The notes under the pieces were generated by a model. It was not told where the DNA came from. It saw only the letters and a list, made by a program, of their open reading frames with translations, and ran no database searches. Positions 1-7,935 of a DNA stretch of 64,000 bases are shown one piece after another. The first letter of the stretch is position 1, and every line of letters begins with the position of its first letter. The translations under genes were made by a program, and so were the position numbers. Source of the stretch: Chloracidobacterium sp. (lineage in GTDB: Bacteria > Acidobacteriota > Blastocatellia > Pyrinomonadales > Pyrinomonadaceae); contig JANPCJ010000349.1 of assembly GCA_031430895.1 (NCBI GenBank), positions 95 through 64,094 of the forward strand, read 5' to 3'.

Positions 1-1024
1 TCCGCCGCCAGATAAAACCGTCCAGCACGTAATGCGTCAACTGCGGAACGGCGAGCAGCGGAACGAGAAATATTTTTGCGCTTCCCCATTCCCAATCGCC
101 GCCAAAAAGCCAGGCCTTATCGTGCCAGACGCCGCGATGCCAGAAAAGCTCTTCGACATAAGCAAGCGCCCACAACGTCGCCAGAAATATAAGCCAGTTG
201 TGTGAAAAAGTCCGGTAAACCCGTCCCGTGGTTTCTTTTCTGAACTGCGCGTAGACATAGATCAATGCAAAATAGGGTACGCCGTGAATGATGACGTTCG
301 TCACGGTGAAGGCGTAATCCGAATTAAAATATACAATCCCGAAATACCAGCAAACGACAGTTGTCGCGACCACAATGTCTTTGCCGATATTCAGGAAGCC
401 CGCCGCAAAGTAGAGATAGATCGATTTGCCAAAATATGCCGCAAGGGCGAGCAGATAAACCGGGAACAAAATCGTCTCGACGATCAACGGCATCGAGAAA
501 AAATCATTCTGCACAAACCATTCAAAATTACGCGGCAAACGCGTCATCCAGAACGCGAGCGGGTAAATCGTCGCCAGATAAATCGCCGCCGCATCGATCC
601 ACCATGTCCAGTTTGCCGTTTCATTTAGCTTCCGGCGATACAACGCGATCCAGCCGTATTGCTGCCGGACAAAATGAAAAACGGCGACCACCGCCAATGC
701 CTTCCAAAACGTCAGTTCACCCTCGGAATATAGAGCCACGCCTATCGCGTATCCGAAAACAGGAACGAGCAGATACAGCCAGAATCGCCGTTTGAACTCG
801 GCGGTATCGAAATAAACTCGGAATGACGTCGACCACACGTGGGCGACATCAATCAGAAGAACCGCCGAGATCCAGGTCCATTCCGGTGAGTCACCATCCA
901 GAATCCCGAGTTGCCATCCGATGGCCAAGAGAAGGAGCGACAAAACGGCGCTTCCCAAAAAAACCGTTAGATCGATTTCTCTAGAAAAAAGCCAACCGTT
1001 TGGTTTTGATAAGGCTGCGTCCAT
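1..1024 (-). CDS. Polytopic integral membrane protein of unknown function; the C-terminus runs off the left edge
   Basis: Own minus-strand translation from the ATG at 1024-1022: MDAALSKPNGWLFSREIDLTVFLGSAVLSLLLLAIGWQLG...VPQLTHYVLDGFIWRR. It is open for 341 codons down to position 2 and has many W/F/Y-rich hydrophobic helices. It is absent from the ORF track because it is edge-truncated. The + strand ORFs at 284-795 are shadow frames. Confidence 0.6.
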   Translation of the reverse strand, partial: MDAALSKPNGWLFSREIDLTVFLGSAVLSLLLLAIGWQLGILDGDSPEWTWISAVLLIDVAHVWSTSFRVYFDTAEFKRRFWLYLLVPVFGYAIGVALYSEGELTFWKALAVVAVFHFVRQQYGWIALYRRKLNETANWTWWIDAAAIYLATIYPLAFWMTRLPRNFEWFVQNDFFSMPLIVETILFPVYLLALAAYFGKSIYLYFAAGFLNIGKDIVVATTVVCWYFGIVYFNSDYAFTVTNVIIHGVPYFALIYVYAQFRKETTGRVYRTFSHNWLIFLATLWALAYVEELFWHRGVWHDKAWLFGGDWEWGSAKIFLVPLLAVPQLTHYVLDGFIWRR

Positions 1025-1028
1025 GACA

Positions 1029-1111
1029 AAGGCGGAAACACGAGCGGTAGGAGTGTGTTGCTGGCGGCCCAAGCCGAAGAACACACTCCCTACCGGTCGT
1101 GTCTCCGCCTT
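1029..1111. repeat. Inverted pair of REP-A units (AAGGCGGAAACACGAnCGGTAGGrAGTGTG)
   Basis: 1029-1059 reads aaggcggaaacacgagcggtaggagtgtgtt. 1078-1111 reads gaacacactccctaccggtcgtgtctccgcctt, its reverse complement. The same unit recurs at 26029, 33807, 38058 and 38121. Confidence 0.85.
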
Positions 1112-2694
1112 AGTACCTCATCCGTAGCTCGCAGTCCATGATAAAACGCTTCCTCAAAAAGCGCGATACCGCTGAGGTCGGTATGGGCGAAATGGATATT
1201 GCGGTACGGTTTCACCGCCTTTTCGCGAACTCCGCTCCAGATAAAATTTGGCCTGGGCGAGACCATCGCGTGGCCCCATCGCATTATGTCGATTCGCGTC
1301 GTGAGTTCGCGAATGTCAGGGTGGGCACGAGCAAGGTCGGTCAGGCAGACATCGGCAAGATCACGCCATTCGTAATTGAAAAGTTTCGGCCGGCCGTTTT
1401 CCTCGGCGCACATCGGATAGTAATAGGTCAGTATCGTCGGGCCATAGTCGATGCCTTTCTGATGAGTGGCCGTGACATAGCCGAGCGATGGGCTTTCGTA
1501 AAGAACATTGTCCCACGAAAGGGGAAAATCCTTTGCGAATCGAGGCTTGGGCCGGTCTTTTAGAAACAGATTCGCTACAAACCACGCATTGTGCTGGAAT
1601 TCCGTTGCCACAAACGGAGCGTCTTGTCTAAATCCCCGAATGATATATGGTGCCGTAAACATCGGCGACGCAAAGATTACATTCTTGCAGTGAACACCGC
1701 GAATCTCGCCATCGTCGAGACAGATAACATCTACACCTTTGTCGTTTGGCGTGACAGAAACGACGACCCGCTCCCTCTGCACATGTTCTCGAACACTCCC
1801 GAAAAGATGGTTTACAAAGCGCCCGTTGCCTTCCGGGAAAGTGATAAACGGCTGCGACTCGGCTCCGCTTTTTCTGACCCGCGAACAAAAATAGAATAGC
1901 CCCGCCCAAGCAGAGGTTTGTTCCAGCTTTAGTCCGTAATCGTCGCGGCAGGCGTAATCGCAATACCAAATGAGACGCTCGGACGAGAATCCTTTCTGCC
2001 GCAGCCAGTCAGCAAACGAGATCTTGTCGAGCGTCACAACCTCAGCATCAGTCGAACAGTTCGCCAGCGGCACGACAAAGGCCCGCCTTCCGCTTCCGTC
2101 GCGCCAGTTCACCCATCCATCGATCTGCTTCTGAAACTCCGCAAATTGCCGCCTATCGTCCTCGCTCGCCCCGACATTTAGATATAAACCCTCATACCAG
2201 CGTCCCTTGTAAAAAACGCGTTCCTCCGGCTCCCGGCATAGATACTGTTCCTTGACGACTATCTCGTCCCGACCGCCTTCGATCAGCGACATCTCATCGA
2301 GCAGTGAGACGAGTTCGGTATTCTCACGAAACGGCACCGGCAAATAATGCGCTCCCCACGGATATCCCATGCCAGATCCGGTTCCACTCTGCGACGTGCC
2401 GCCGACTTCTTTCTCAATCTCAAGCAAGACGAAATCGTTACGATTCTCTTTCTTTAATTTCCACGCCGCCGTGAGCCCGGCAATTCCGCCGCCGATTATC
2501 GCAATATCTTTCGATTCCCAGTTGTCGGCGGGAACCTCAAAGTTCCTCTTTTCGCGCAATACATGACCAAGAGACACATTCTGCCCGATTATCTCGCCTT
2601 CGGGAAAAGGTTTAGTCGTCCCTGACCGACATGCCGACAAAGCGAAGGGTGCGCCCAGGAATGCGGTTAACAGCTCGCGTCGGGTGAAGTTCAT
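1090..2694 (-). CDS. Tat-exported FAD-dependent oxidoreductase (amine/polyamine-oxidase-like)
   Basis: The N-terminus MNFTRRELLTAFLGAPFALSACRS is a twin-arginine signal. IAIIGGGIAGLTAAWKL is a dinucleotide-binding GxGxxG motif. The ORF is 534 aa. The last codons (RRRHDR*) lie inside a REP-A unit. Confidence 0.7.
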   Translation of the reverse strand: MNFTRRELLTAFLGAPFALSACRSGTTKPFPEGEIIGQNVSLGHVLREKRNFEVPADNWESKDIAIIGGGIAGLTAAWKLKKENRNDFVLLEIEKEVGGTSQSGTGSGMGYPWGAHYLPVPFRENTELVSLLDEMSLIEGGRDEIVVKEQYLCREPEERVFYKGRWYEGLYLNVGASEDDRRQFAEFQKQIDGWVNWRDGSGRRAFVVPLANCSTDAEVVTLDKISFADWLRQKGFSSERLIWYCDYACRDDYGLKLEQTSAWAGLFYFCSRVRKSGAESQPFITFPEGNGRFVNHLFGSVREHVQRERVVVSVTPNDKGVDVICLDDGEIRGVHCKNVIFASPMFTAPYIIRGFRQDAPFVATEFQHNAWFVANLFLKDRPKPRFAKDFPLSWDNVLYESPSLGYVTATHQKGIDYGPTILTYYYPMCAEENGRPKLFNYEWRDLADVCLTDLARAHPDIRELTTRIDIMRWGHAMVSPRPNFIWSGVREKAVKPYRNIHFAHTDLSGIALFEEAFYHGLRATDEVLRRRHDR

Positions 2695-3097
2695 TCGGAA
2701 TAAGTGATAGGTGATAAGTTAATCTTCAGATTGCCGGAGCGTCTAGATGGCCGAGATCAGCATTTTCTGAAGCTCTATGCAATCGTCGAGTAACGATGTT
2801 GTTTGACTTTCGCTGAGAAACTCTCCGCAGAAAATTTGTCTTGAAGGCTTCCTTGTTGGCTATCGAATACTTCTTTCGCAGATCGAGACGGTCGTCGCCC
2901 TGTTTACCTTCTTCAATGAGCAGGCCGATGTTAACGCCTGAATCCAGGATTTTTTTTGAGAGAACGTACTCTTTTTTCTTATCATTCAGATATTCGCTCA
3001 GTCGCACAATACGCAAAGCAAATGCGTAAGACTTATCTCGTAAAGGGTCCGCCATATTTATCACCTATAACCTATCACTTTTAACTTATTCCGAATG
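2692..3097. repeat. Inverted-repeat arms bracketing the four-helix-bundle gene
   Basis: Left arm 2692-2722: cattcggaataagtgataggtgataagttaa. Right arm 3059-3097: tatcacctataacctatcacttttaacttattccgaatg. The terminal 14 bp (cattcggaataagt / acttattccgaatg) are perfectly complementary. Inner parts are built from gatagg/gataag words. Confidence 0.75.
2726..3064 (-). CDS. Four-helix-bundle protein (23S rRNA IVS protein / Avd-like family), probably frameshifted in its last third
   Basis: KSYAFALRIVRLSEYLNDKKKEYVLSKKILDSGVNIGLLIEEG...YSIANKEAFKT matches the family layout. After KEAFKT the listed frame becomes atypical. The +1 frame reads ...GEFLSESQTTSLLDDCIELQKMLISAI* (stop at 2743-2745), which looks like the native C-terminal helix. 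Confidence 0.55.
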   Translation of the reverse strand: MINMADPLRDKSYAFALRIVRLSEYLNDKKKEYVLSKKILDSGVNIGLLIEEGKQGDDRLDLRKKYSIANKEAFKTNFLRRVSQRKSNNIVTRRLHRASENADLGHLDAPAI

Positions 3098-3102
3098 TCC
3101 TA

Positions 3103-4620
3103 CTACTCAAATCTTCGCCACTCAGCCTCGTAGTATCGAACAAGCGCCTGATTATCCAGCCGGTTGATCTCTATCTCTTCAGTCGGTCGAGCGGTATCGG
3201 TTGAAAACTCAAACATCGAGGCAAATGAAGTGTCATTGAGGAACTGGAGCTCAATATTTGACGGCGGTTTTCGCGGCGTCTCGAAAGATTGGAGCTTTGC
3301 AAGGGCGAAGCCCCAAACGCCAAAGCTTGGAACCGTTGTTTGATACGGCTTCACGATGAAACCGGCGGCCTCGAGGGTTGTAATTATGCACCAGAATGAT
3401 TGCCGTGCGATGAGTGGCGAGGTTGTTTGGATGACGACCGACGAATCTGGTTTTAGCTTTGATTTCAAGAGATTGTAGAAGCGCGTTGTGTAGAGTTTGC
3501 CGAGTGCGAAGTTGTTTGGATCGGGAAAATCGACGACAGCGATGTCGAATGGCTCGATCTGAGTGTCCATCCAGACAAAAGCGTCGGCGTTTGTTACGTG
3601 GACGCGTGGGTCGTCGAACGCGTTTTTGTTTAGGATGCCGAGCGCGGGTACGGAGTACGAAACCTTTGTCATTTCAGGGTCTAGATCCACGAGTGTCACA
3701 TGCTCGACCGACTGATATTTTAGTATTTCTCTGACCGCGAGACCGTCGCCGCCGCCGAGCACCAGAATGCGTTTGGCATCGCCCGGAAACGCGGCAAAGG
3801 CGGGATGGACGAGGGCTTCGTGATATCGATATTCGTCAAACGAATTGAACTGCAGGTTGCCATTGAGAAACAAAGCGTAGCCCGTTTTGCCTTTTGTCAC
3901 GACGATCCGTTGATAGGCCGAGCTTTTGGCGTAGATGATGTTGTCCACAAAGAGGGCGTCTTCGGCGAGTGTCGTCAGGCTGTCGGCTTTGATAAACGCG
4001 ATCACCAGCAACACCAGAATCACAAAACCCTTGACCCTGAGAATCGTGACGTTCTTTTTGATTAGTGGAAGCAGCAGCCACGTGCCCCAGATGCCGACGG
4101 CGGCATTAAACATCCCGAATAACAGCGACGTTCGGTTCAAGCCGAGCTTTGGAACGAGGAAGATCGGGAATAGCAGGGACGCTGCGAGCGCCCCGATATA
4201 GTCGAACGCGAGGACGCGAGACACGAGGTCCTTGAAATCCATCTCGTCCTTTAATATGCGCATTAAGAGCGGGATTTCCAGCCCGACAAGAGTGCCGATA
4301 ATAAACACGACGCCGTATAGCACAATGCTGAAATAGGAGAGGTGCGCAAAGGTCAGAAACAACAGCGGCGCGGAGAAACCGCCGATTACAGCTACGGCCA
4401 GCTCGATCTCGACAAACTTCTCGGCAACATGCTTGTCGATAAATCGCGAAAGCCACGATCCGACGCCCATCGCGAAAAGATAGATACCGATAATTAACGA
4501 GAATTGCGTGACCGAATCGCCGAGAACATAGCTCGAGAGAGTTCCGGCAAGCAGCTCATAGATGAGCCCGCAGGTGGCGATGACAAAGACATTGAGGAAA
4601 AGGAGCGGTGCGCGTTTCAT
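3103..4620 (-). CDS. Membrane-anchored polyamine aminopropyltransferase (spermidine-synthase-like, N-terminal multi-TM domain)
   Basis: The first ~200 aa are hydrophobic helices. The C-terminal domain carries VLGGGDGLAVREILKY, TLVDLDPEMT and VVDFPDP, which are SpeE-type AdoMet-derivative binding motifs. Confidence 0.8.
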   Translation of the reverse strand: MKRAPLLFLNVFVIATCGLIYELLAGTLSSYVLGDSVTQFSLIIGIYLFAMGVGSWLSRFIDKHVAEKFVEIELAVAVIGGFSAPLLFLTFAHLSYFSIVLYGVVFIIGTLVGLEIPLLMRILKDEMDFKDLVSRVLAFDYIGALAASLLFPIFLVPKLGLNRTSLLFGMFNAAVGIWGTWLLLPLIKKNVTILRVKGFVILVLLVIAFIKADSLTTLAEDALFVDNIIYAKSSAYQRIVVTKGKTGYALFLNGNLQFNSFDEYRYHEALVHPAFAAFPGDAKRILVLGGGDGLAVREILKYQSVEHVTLVDLDPEMTKVSYSVPALGILNKNAFDDPRVHVTNADAFVWMDTQIEPFDIAVVDFPDPNNFALGKLYTTRFYNLLKSKLKPDSSVVIQTTSPLIARQSFWCIITTLEAAGFIVKPYQTTVPSFGVWGFALAKLQSFETPRKPPSNIELQFLNDTSFASMFEFSTDTARPTEEIEINRLDNQALVRYYEAEWRRFE

Positions 4621-4625
4621 AAAAA

Positions 4626-4692
4626 CGGAAAATGGATAACGGAAAGCGAAAAATGAAACAACGCTCTGTCATTTTCCATTTTCCACTTTCCG
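4626..4692. repeat. Word hairpin (ggaaaatgga / ggaaagcg words)
   Basis: cggaaaatggataacggaaagcgaaaaatga (4626-4656) pairs imperfectly with tcattttccattttccactttccg (4669-4692). It is followed by ctttccgctttacg (4686-4699), which is identical to 15112-15125. Confidence 0.7.
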
Positions 4693-4704
4693 CTTTACGT
4701 TGAT

Positions 4705-4971
4705 TCAGTTTCCGTGTATCGCCGCCGCAATTATCACGGCAATACCTATTATCATGGCACCGATGATGATTGCCAGAGCGGTGTTCTGGTCTTCCTCGAT
4801 CTCTTTCTTAACGGAAAAAGGCGCGACGAAGACAACGATCAGAAACGCTATCGCAAACACAATCAGACCGATGGCCACAAAGATAACGGTCGTCGCCAGC
4901 ACCGGCAACAGCTCTTCAAGTTTGACGATCAACCCCAGAACCGGGGCGATAGATAAAAAACTCAGCATCAT
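4705..4971 (-). CDS. DUF350-family small membrane protein
   Basis: 88 aa with three hydrophobic helices. The KKEIEEDQNTALAIIIGAMIIGIAVIIAAAI pattern is typical of DUF350/YjfL-like proteins (recalled). Its start overlaps the stop of the upstream 50-aa ORF (ATGA). Confidence 0.65.
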   Translation of the reverse strand: MMLSFLSIAPVLGLIVKLEELLPVLATTVIFVAIGLIVFAIAFLIVVFVAPFSVKKEIEEDQNTALAIIIGAMIIGIAVIIAAAIHGN

Positions 4972-5120
4972 TTTCCTCCACGAAATCCACCACCATAAAA
5001 GAACGGTACGCCCAAACGCGATTTGCTGCCCGAATTAGCAAGCTCCCAACCGAACCATGCGGCCGACGAATAGCCCAGCAAAACAAGAACGCCGACGCCC
5101 AGATATAGTTTTTTTAACAT
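4968..5120 (-). CDS. Small (50 aa) single-pass membrane protein, hypothetical
   Basis: Own translation: MLKKLYLGVGVLVLLGYSSAAWFGWELANSGSKSRLGVPFFYGGGFRGGK*. The TGA overlaps the ATG of the DUF350 gene. It is below the ORF-track length cut-off. Confidence 0.4.
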   Translation of the reverse strand: MLKKLYLGVGVLVLLGYSSAAWFGWELANSGSKSRLGVPFFYGGGFRGGK

Positions 5121-5228
5121 AAAAGATTGTCCTTTTGCCTTAGTATTTTGTCATCTGGCTATGTCCGGTTAGCAAACGGGGTAGGCCATTGCGCTAAATA
5201 GGTTCCCCATTCGGAAAAATGGCATAGC

Positions 5229-5397
5229 TTTGTAACAAATTCACATGCCCTTTTGACAAACTTACGTGTCATTTCGTCAAGATTATACGCGATTACGACA
5301 AACTGGCGTGTCATTGCGACCAATTGTCGTACCCTTTCGTCAAAATCATATGTCATTGCGACAAAATTAAGTGCCCTATTGACAAATTGCCGTGCCA
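5229..5397. repeat. Tandem array of 8 degenerate 21-bp units with a GACA-N8-TGTC dyad core
   Basis: Units start at 5229, 5251, 5272, 5293, 5314, 5335, 5356 and 5377. Examples: ttttgacaaacttacgtgtca, ttacgacaaactggcgtgtca, ttgcgacaaaattaagtgccc. Both strands are open across the array, which explains the artefactual ORFs 5159-5461 and 5253-5540. Confidence 0.85.
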
Positions 5398-5460
5398 ATT
5401 TTACTCCCTGTCCGGGCAAAATGGCATTGTCACTCTGTAAATCGGGGCTACGGCATATCA

Positions 5461-7413
5461 TTATTCATCGCCCGAATCGTCTGATCCCGTCGCGCTCGAC
5501 CCAAACATGCTATCCTTCCACCGCCCTGATTCAAACGTGATTTTGCGGATCAAACCAAGTACCGGGACAATCAAAAGCAAGAGCAAAGCACAAATAAAGT
5601 TGACACCGCGGTTGACGTTCTGCTCGACCTTAACCGAGACCGGCATCTGCGTCTGCCAGTTTTGCCACGTGCCCTCGACCCGCAGCGTATATTTTCCGGC
5701 CGGCAATGAGGAAAGCGTGGCGTCGGTCGATTTGCCGCCTTCCGTCCAGGCACCGTCGCTATCACTACCGCTGTAATATTCGACCGGGACATTAACCGAT
5801 TCGACTTCCTGGCTTTGATCGTTGACGAGATCGATGTCGAGATCGGCCCACGAATTATCAACCGGCGCACCAGCCGTTATTCGCACATTCCTGTTGCCTT
5901 TTAGATCGAACGGCTGGCTGAACATTGCCTGCGGAGTCGTCGCGTTTGTAAGCGGCGGCAGTACGACCTCCTGATTGAGCACCGTATTCGTCATCCCGCT
6001 TAGGGGGATCATGAATATGGCCACGACAAACAAAAGCAGCAGCGGCAACGCTCCCCACGTGTAATAAAACCGGCCGGTAAATGGCTGATTCGGCCCAACG
6101 CCCCACGGCTTGGCCAAATCGGTGATGCCAAACGCCTTTTCGACCTCGGCGTTTGTCATGTACGTGCCGAGCGACCAATTCATCTCGTCCGCCGACGCTT
6201 CCATCGAGAGCATGTTCGGGGCCGCGACATAATCGACCGCGCGAACCGTTTCGCCCTGTTCGACGCGCCAGTAAAACTCGCCCTGAACATATTCGACACG
6301 GGCCGGAGCATCCTGAAATATTTTGTATCTGCGCCCGTTGTACTCTACGGTTCCTCCGGCAGCAAATACTCCGAAATGGGCGACCTCAGCGGGATTTACC
6401 GGCTCGACAAAATTCCAATGATTGTCCGAATGCACCAACCAGCGGAACCCGACCGTCGGATTGTAGAGCAGAAATTCATGCCAGTAATAGGTTAAATCAT
6501 CGATAAAAACGCTGCGAAGCACCGCTCCGATGACTTTGAACTTCACATCGCCCGGAAATGTCCCTTCCGCGCCGATCTGCAATGCAAAAAAGGGTCGATC
6601 CGCGGGCGGTTCGAGCGCTTTGAGATAGGTGAGATTGCCCTGATTTACATCGAGCAGCGAACTGCAGTTGGGGCAGGTAACGCGTTCGGCTTTGTCGGGT
6701 GCGATCAGGTTTAGCGGCCCGCCGCAGTTCGGGCAGCCCATGCCGACGGCCGTAACCCGCCGTGCCTCGCGCTCCGCCGGTTTGGCGTCGCCGAGGCCAA
6801 TCTCATCAAGCGTCACCTGGCTGCCGACAAAAACCCACGGCGGGTCCTGGCTATAATCAATGGTGGCAAACGCATTATTCTTGCCGGCCAGATCGGCGTA
6901 CTCAAACTTCTCGCCCGGAACCAGCTTATACGGAATTTCCCCGTCCGCCGCCAAGGACGTGCCCCGGCCTTTCTCCTGAACCATGAGCGTCGTCGGGTTC
7001 GGTATCTCAGGCAGTTGTTGTCCAAGCTGCAGCCCGGCAAATGAGGGCAGCGATACGCCGTCTGGCAGCGGCTGGTAAAATGTGAGGTAAAACCGCCCCT
7101 GAGCTTCGGCCAGCCAGCCGACCCATCCGTTGGAAAAAGTTGCGTACCACTCATCCCAAAAGCCGCCGAGTTCATGCCCAAGCTGGGCGCGACCGGTCAA
7201 TTCGAACCGCGTTCCCTTAAAAGTGCCTTTTAGACCGAGCTTTAACGAAGTCTCAGACTGGACAATCTCGGCAACCTTGCCGAGGTCTTCGAGAGATCGG
7301 TCGTTACGGGCGATCGCGGAACGGCAAAACGGGCAAACGAGAACAATCGTCGAACCGGACGTAAATTCAATCGGCCCGGCGCATGATGGGCAATTTGCCT
7401 GAAGGACACTCAT
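5461..7413 (-). CDS. Membrane protein with two zinc-ribbon + DUF4178-like repeats and a C-terminal two-TM/exposed domain
   Basis: CPSCAGPIEF-x-CPFC and CPNCGGPL-x-CPNC ribbons are each followed by a W-rich module (GGFWDEWYATFSNGWVGWL; YYWHEFLLYNPTVGFRWL). TM helices are ALPLLLLFVVAIFMIPL and FICALLLLLIVPVLGLI. The DUF4178 name is from memory. The start overlaps the AdoMetDC stop (ATGA at 7410-7413). Confidence 0.6.
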   Translation of the reverse strand: MSVLQANCPSCAGPIEFTSGSTIVLVCPFCRSAIARNDRSLEDLGKVAEIVQSETSLKLGLKGTFKGTRFELTGRAQLGHELGGFWDEWYATFSNGWVGWLAEAQGRFYLTFYQPLPDGVSLPSFAGLQLGQQLPEIPNPTTLMVQEKGRGTSLAADGEIPYKLVPGEKFEYADLAGKNNAFATIDYSQDPPWVFVGSQVTLDEIGLGDAKPAEREARRVTAVGMGCPNCGGPLNLIAPDKAERVTCPNCSSLLDVNQGNLTYLKALEPPADRPFFALQIGAEGTFPGDVKFKVIGAVLRSVFIDDLTYYWHEFLLYNPTVGFRWLVHSDNHWNFVEPVNPAEVAHFGVFAAGGTVEYNGRRYKIFQDAPARVEYVQGEFYWRVEQGETVRAVDYVAAPNMLSMEASADEMNWSLGTYMTNAEVEKAFGITDLAKPWGVGPNQPFTGRFYYTWGALPLLLLFVVAIFMIPLSGMTNTVLNQEVVLPPLTNATTPQAMFSQPFDLKGNRNVRITAGAPVDNSWADLDIDLVNDQSQEVESVNVPVEYYSGSDSDGAWTEGGKSTDATLSSLPAGKYTLRVEGTWQNWQTQMPVSVKVEQNVNRGVNFICALLLLLIVPVLGLIRKITFESGRWKDSMFGSSATGSDDSGDE

Positions 7414-7844
7414 TGTCGGCCTCCGGCAATTTCAAATTTCAGACTTGAGATTTCAAATTCAGAAGGTTTATTTTCAAATTTCAAATCTGAAATTTGAGAT
7501 TGGTTTGTTCCGCGCTCAACCTTGGTAACGCTAACGGCGGAAGCTCCAAGACGGGCCTTAAGATTCCGCTCCCAATCCCACTCCGGCCGTGTGCGGCAGC
7601 AGTACAGATTGAAAGTAGCAGTTTTGTGTTCAGGATATGTATGACATGCGAGGTGCGATTCCGTGAGGGCGATCAAACCTGTTACGCCGCCTTCACCCTC
7701 GAATTTATGCCAGACGGAGCCGACGGATTTGAGACCAAGATCATCGATGACGCCTGACAATATGGCCTCGAGCGCGCTCTGATCGCGCAGGGCCTCCGGG
7801 TCACAGCCCGTCGCCTCGATCAGCCATTCGGTTCCAACGATCAT
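7410..7844 (-). CDS. speD: S-adenosylmethionine decarboxylase proenzyme (small pyruvoyl class)
   Basis: LIALTESHLACHTYPEH contains the E-S self-cleavage site and the TxPE motif of small bacterial/archaeal AdoMetDC. The protein is 144 aa. The C-terminal 30 aa are encoded by a repeat element. Confidence 0.75.
   Translation of the reverse strand: MIVGTEWLIEATGCDPEALRDQSALEAILSGVIDDLGLKSVGSVWHKFEGEGGVTGLIALTESHLACHTYPEHKTATFNLYCCRTRPEWDWERNLKARLGASAVSVTKVERGTNQSQISDLKFENKPSEFEISSLKFEIAGGRQ
7428..7503. repeat. AT-rich aaatttca/gaaatttg word element forming the 3' end of speD
   Basis: aatttcaaatttcagacttgagatttcaaattcagaaggtttattttcaaatttcaaatctgaaatttgagattgg. It is translated as NQSQISDLKFENKPSEFEISSLKFEIAGGRQ*. 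Confidence 0.8.
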
Positions 7845-7935
7845 CGCGTTTCTCTGAAATACCCTACGAAAATCTCCAGGTTAAGTTTTAAAAATTGGCA
7901 TAATAACACGTTATAATGCAGTGGACTAGCGAAGT

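Noticed and set aside
5159-5540. ORFs 5159-5461 (-) and 5253-5540 (+), which show heptad-like repeats.
   Set aside because: Both strands are open only because the DNA is a 21-bp (7-codon) tandem repeat. There is no RBS and no plausible fold. It is treated as a non-coding repeat array.
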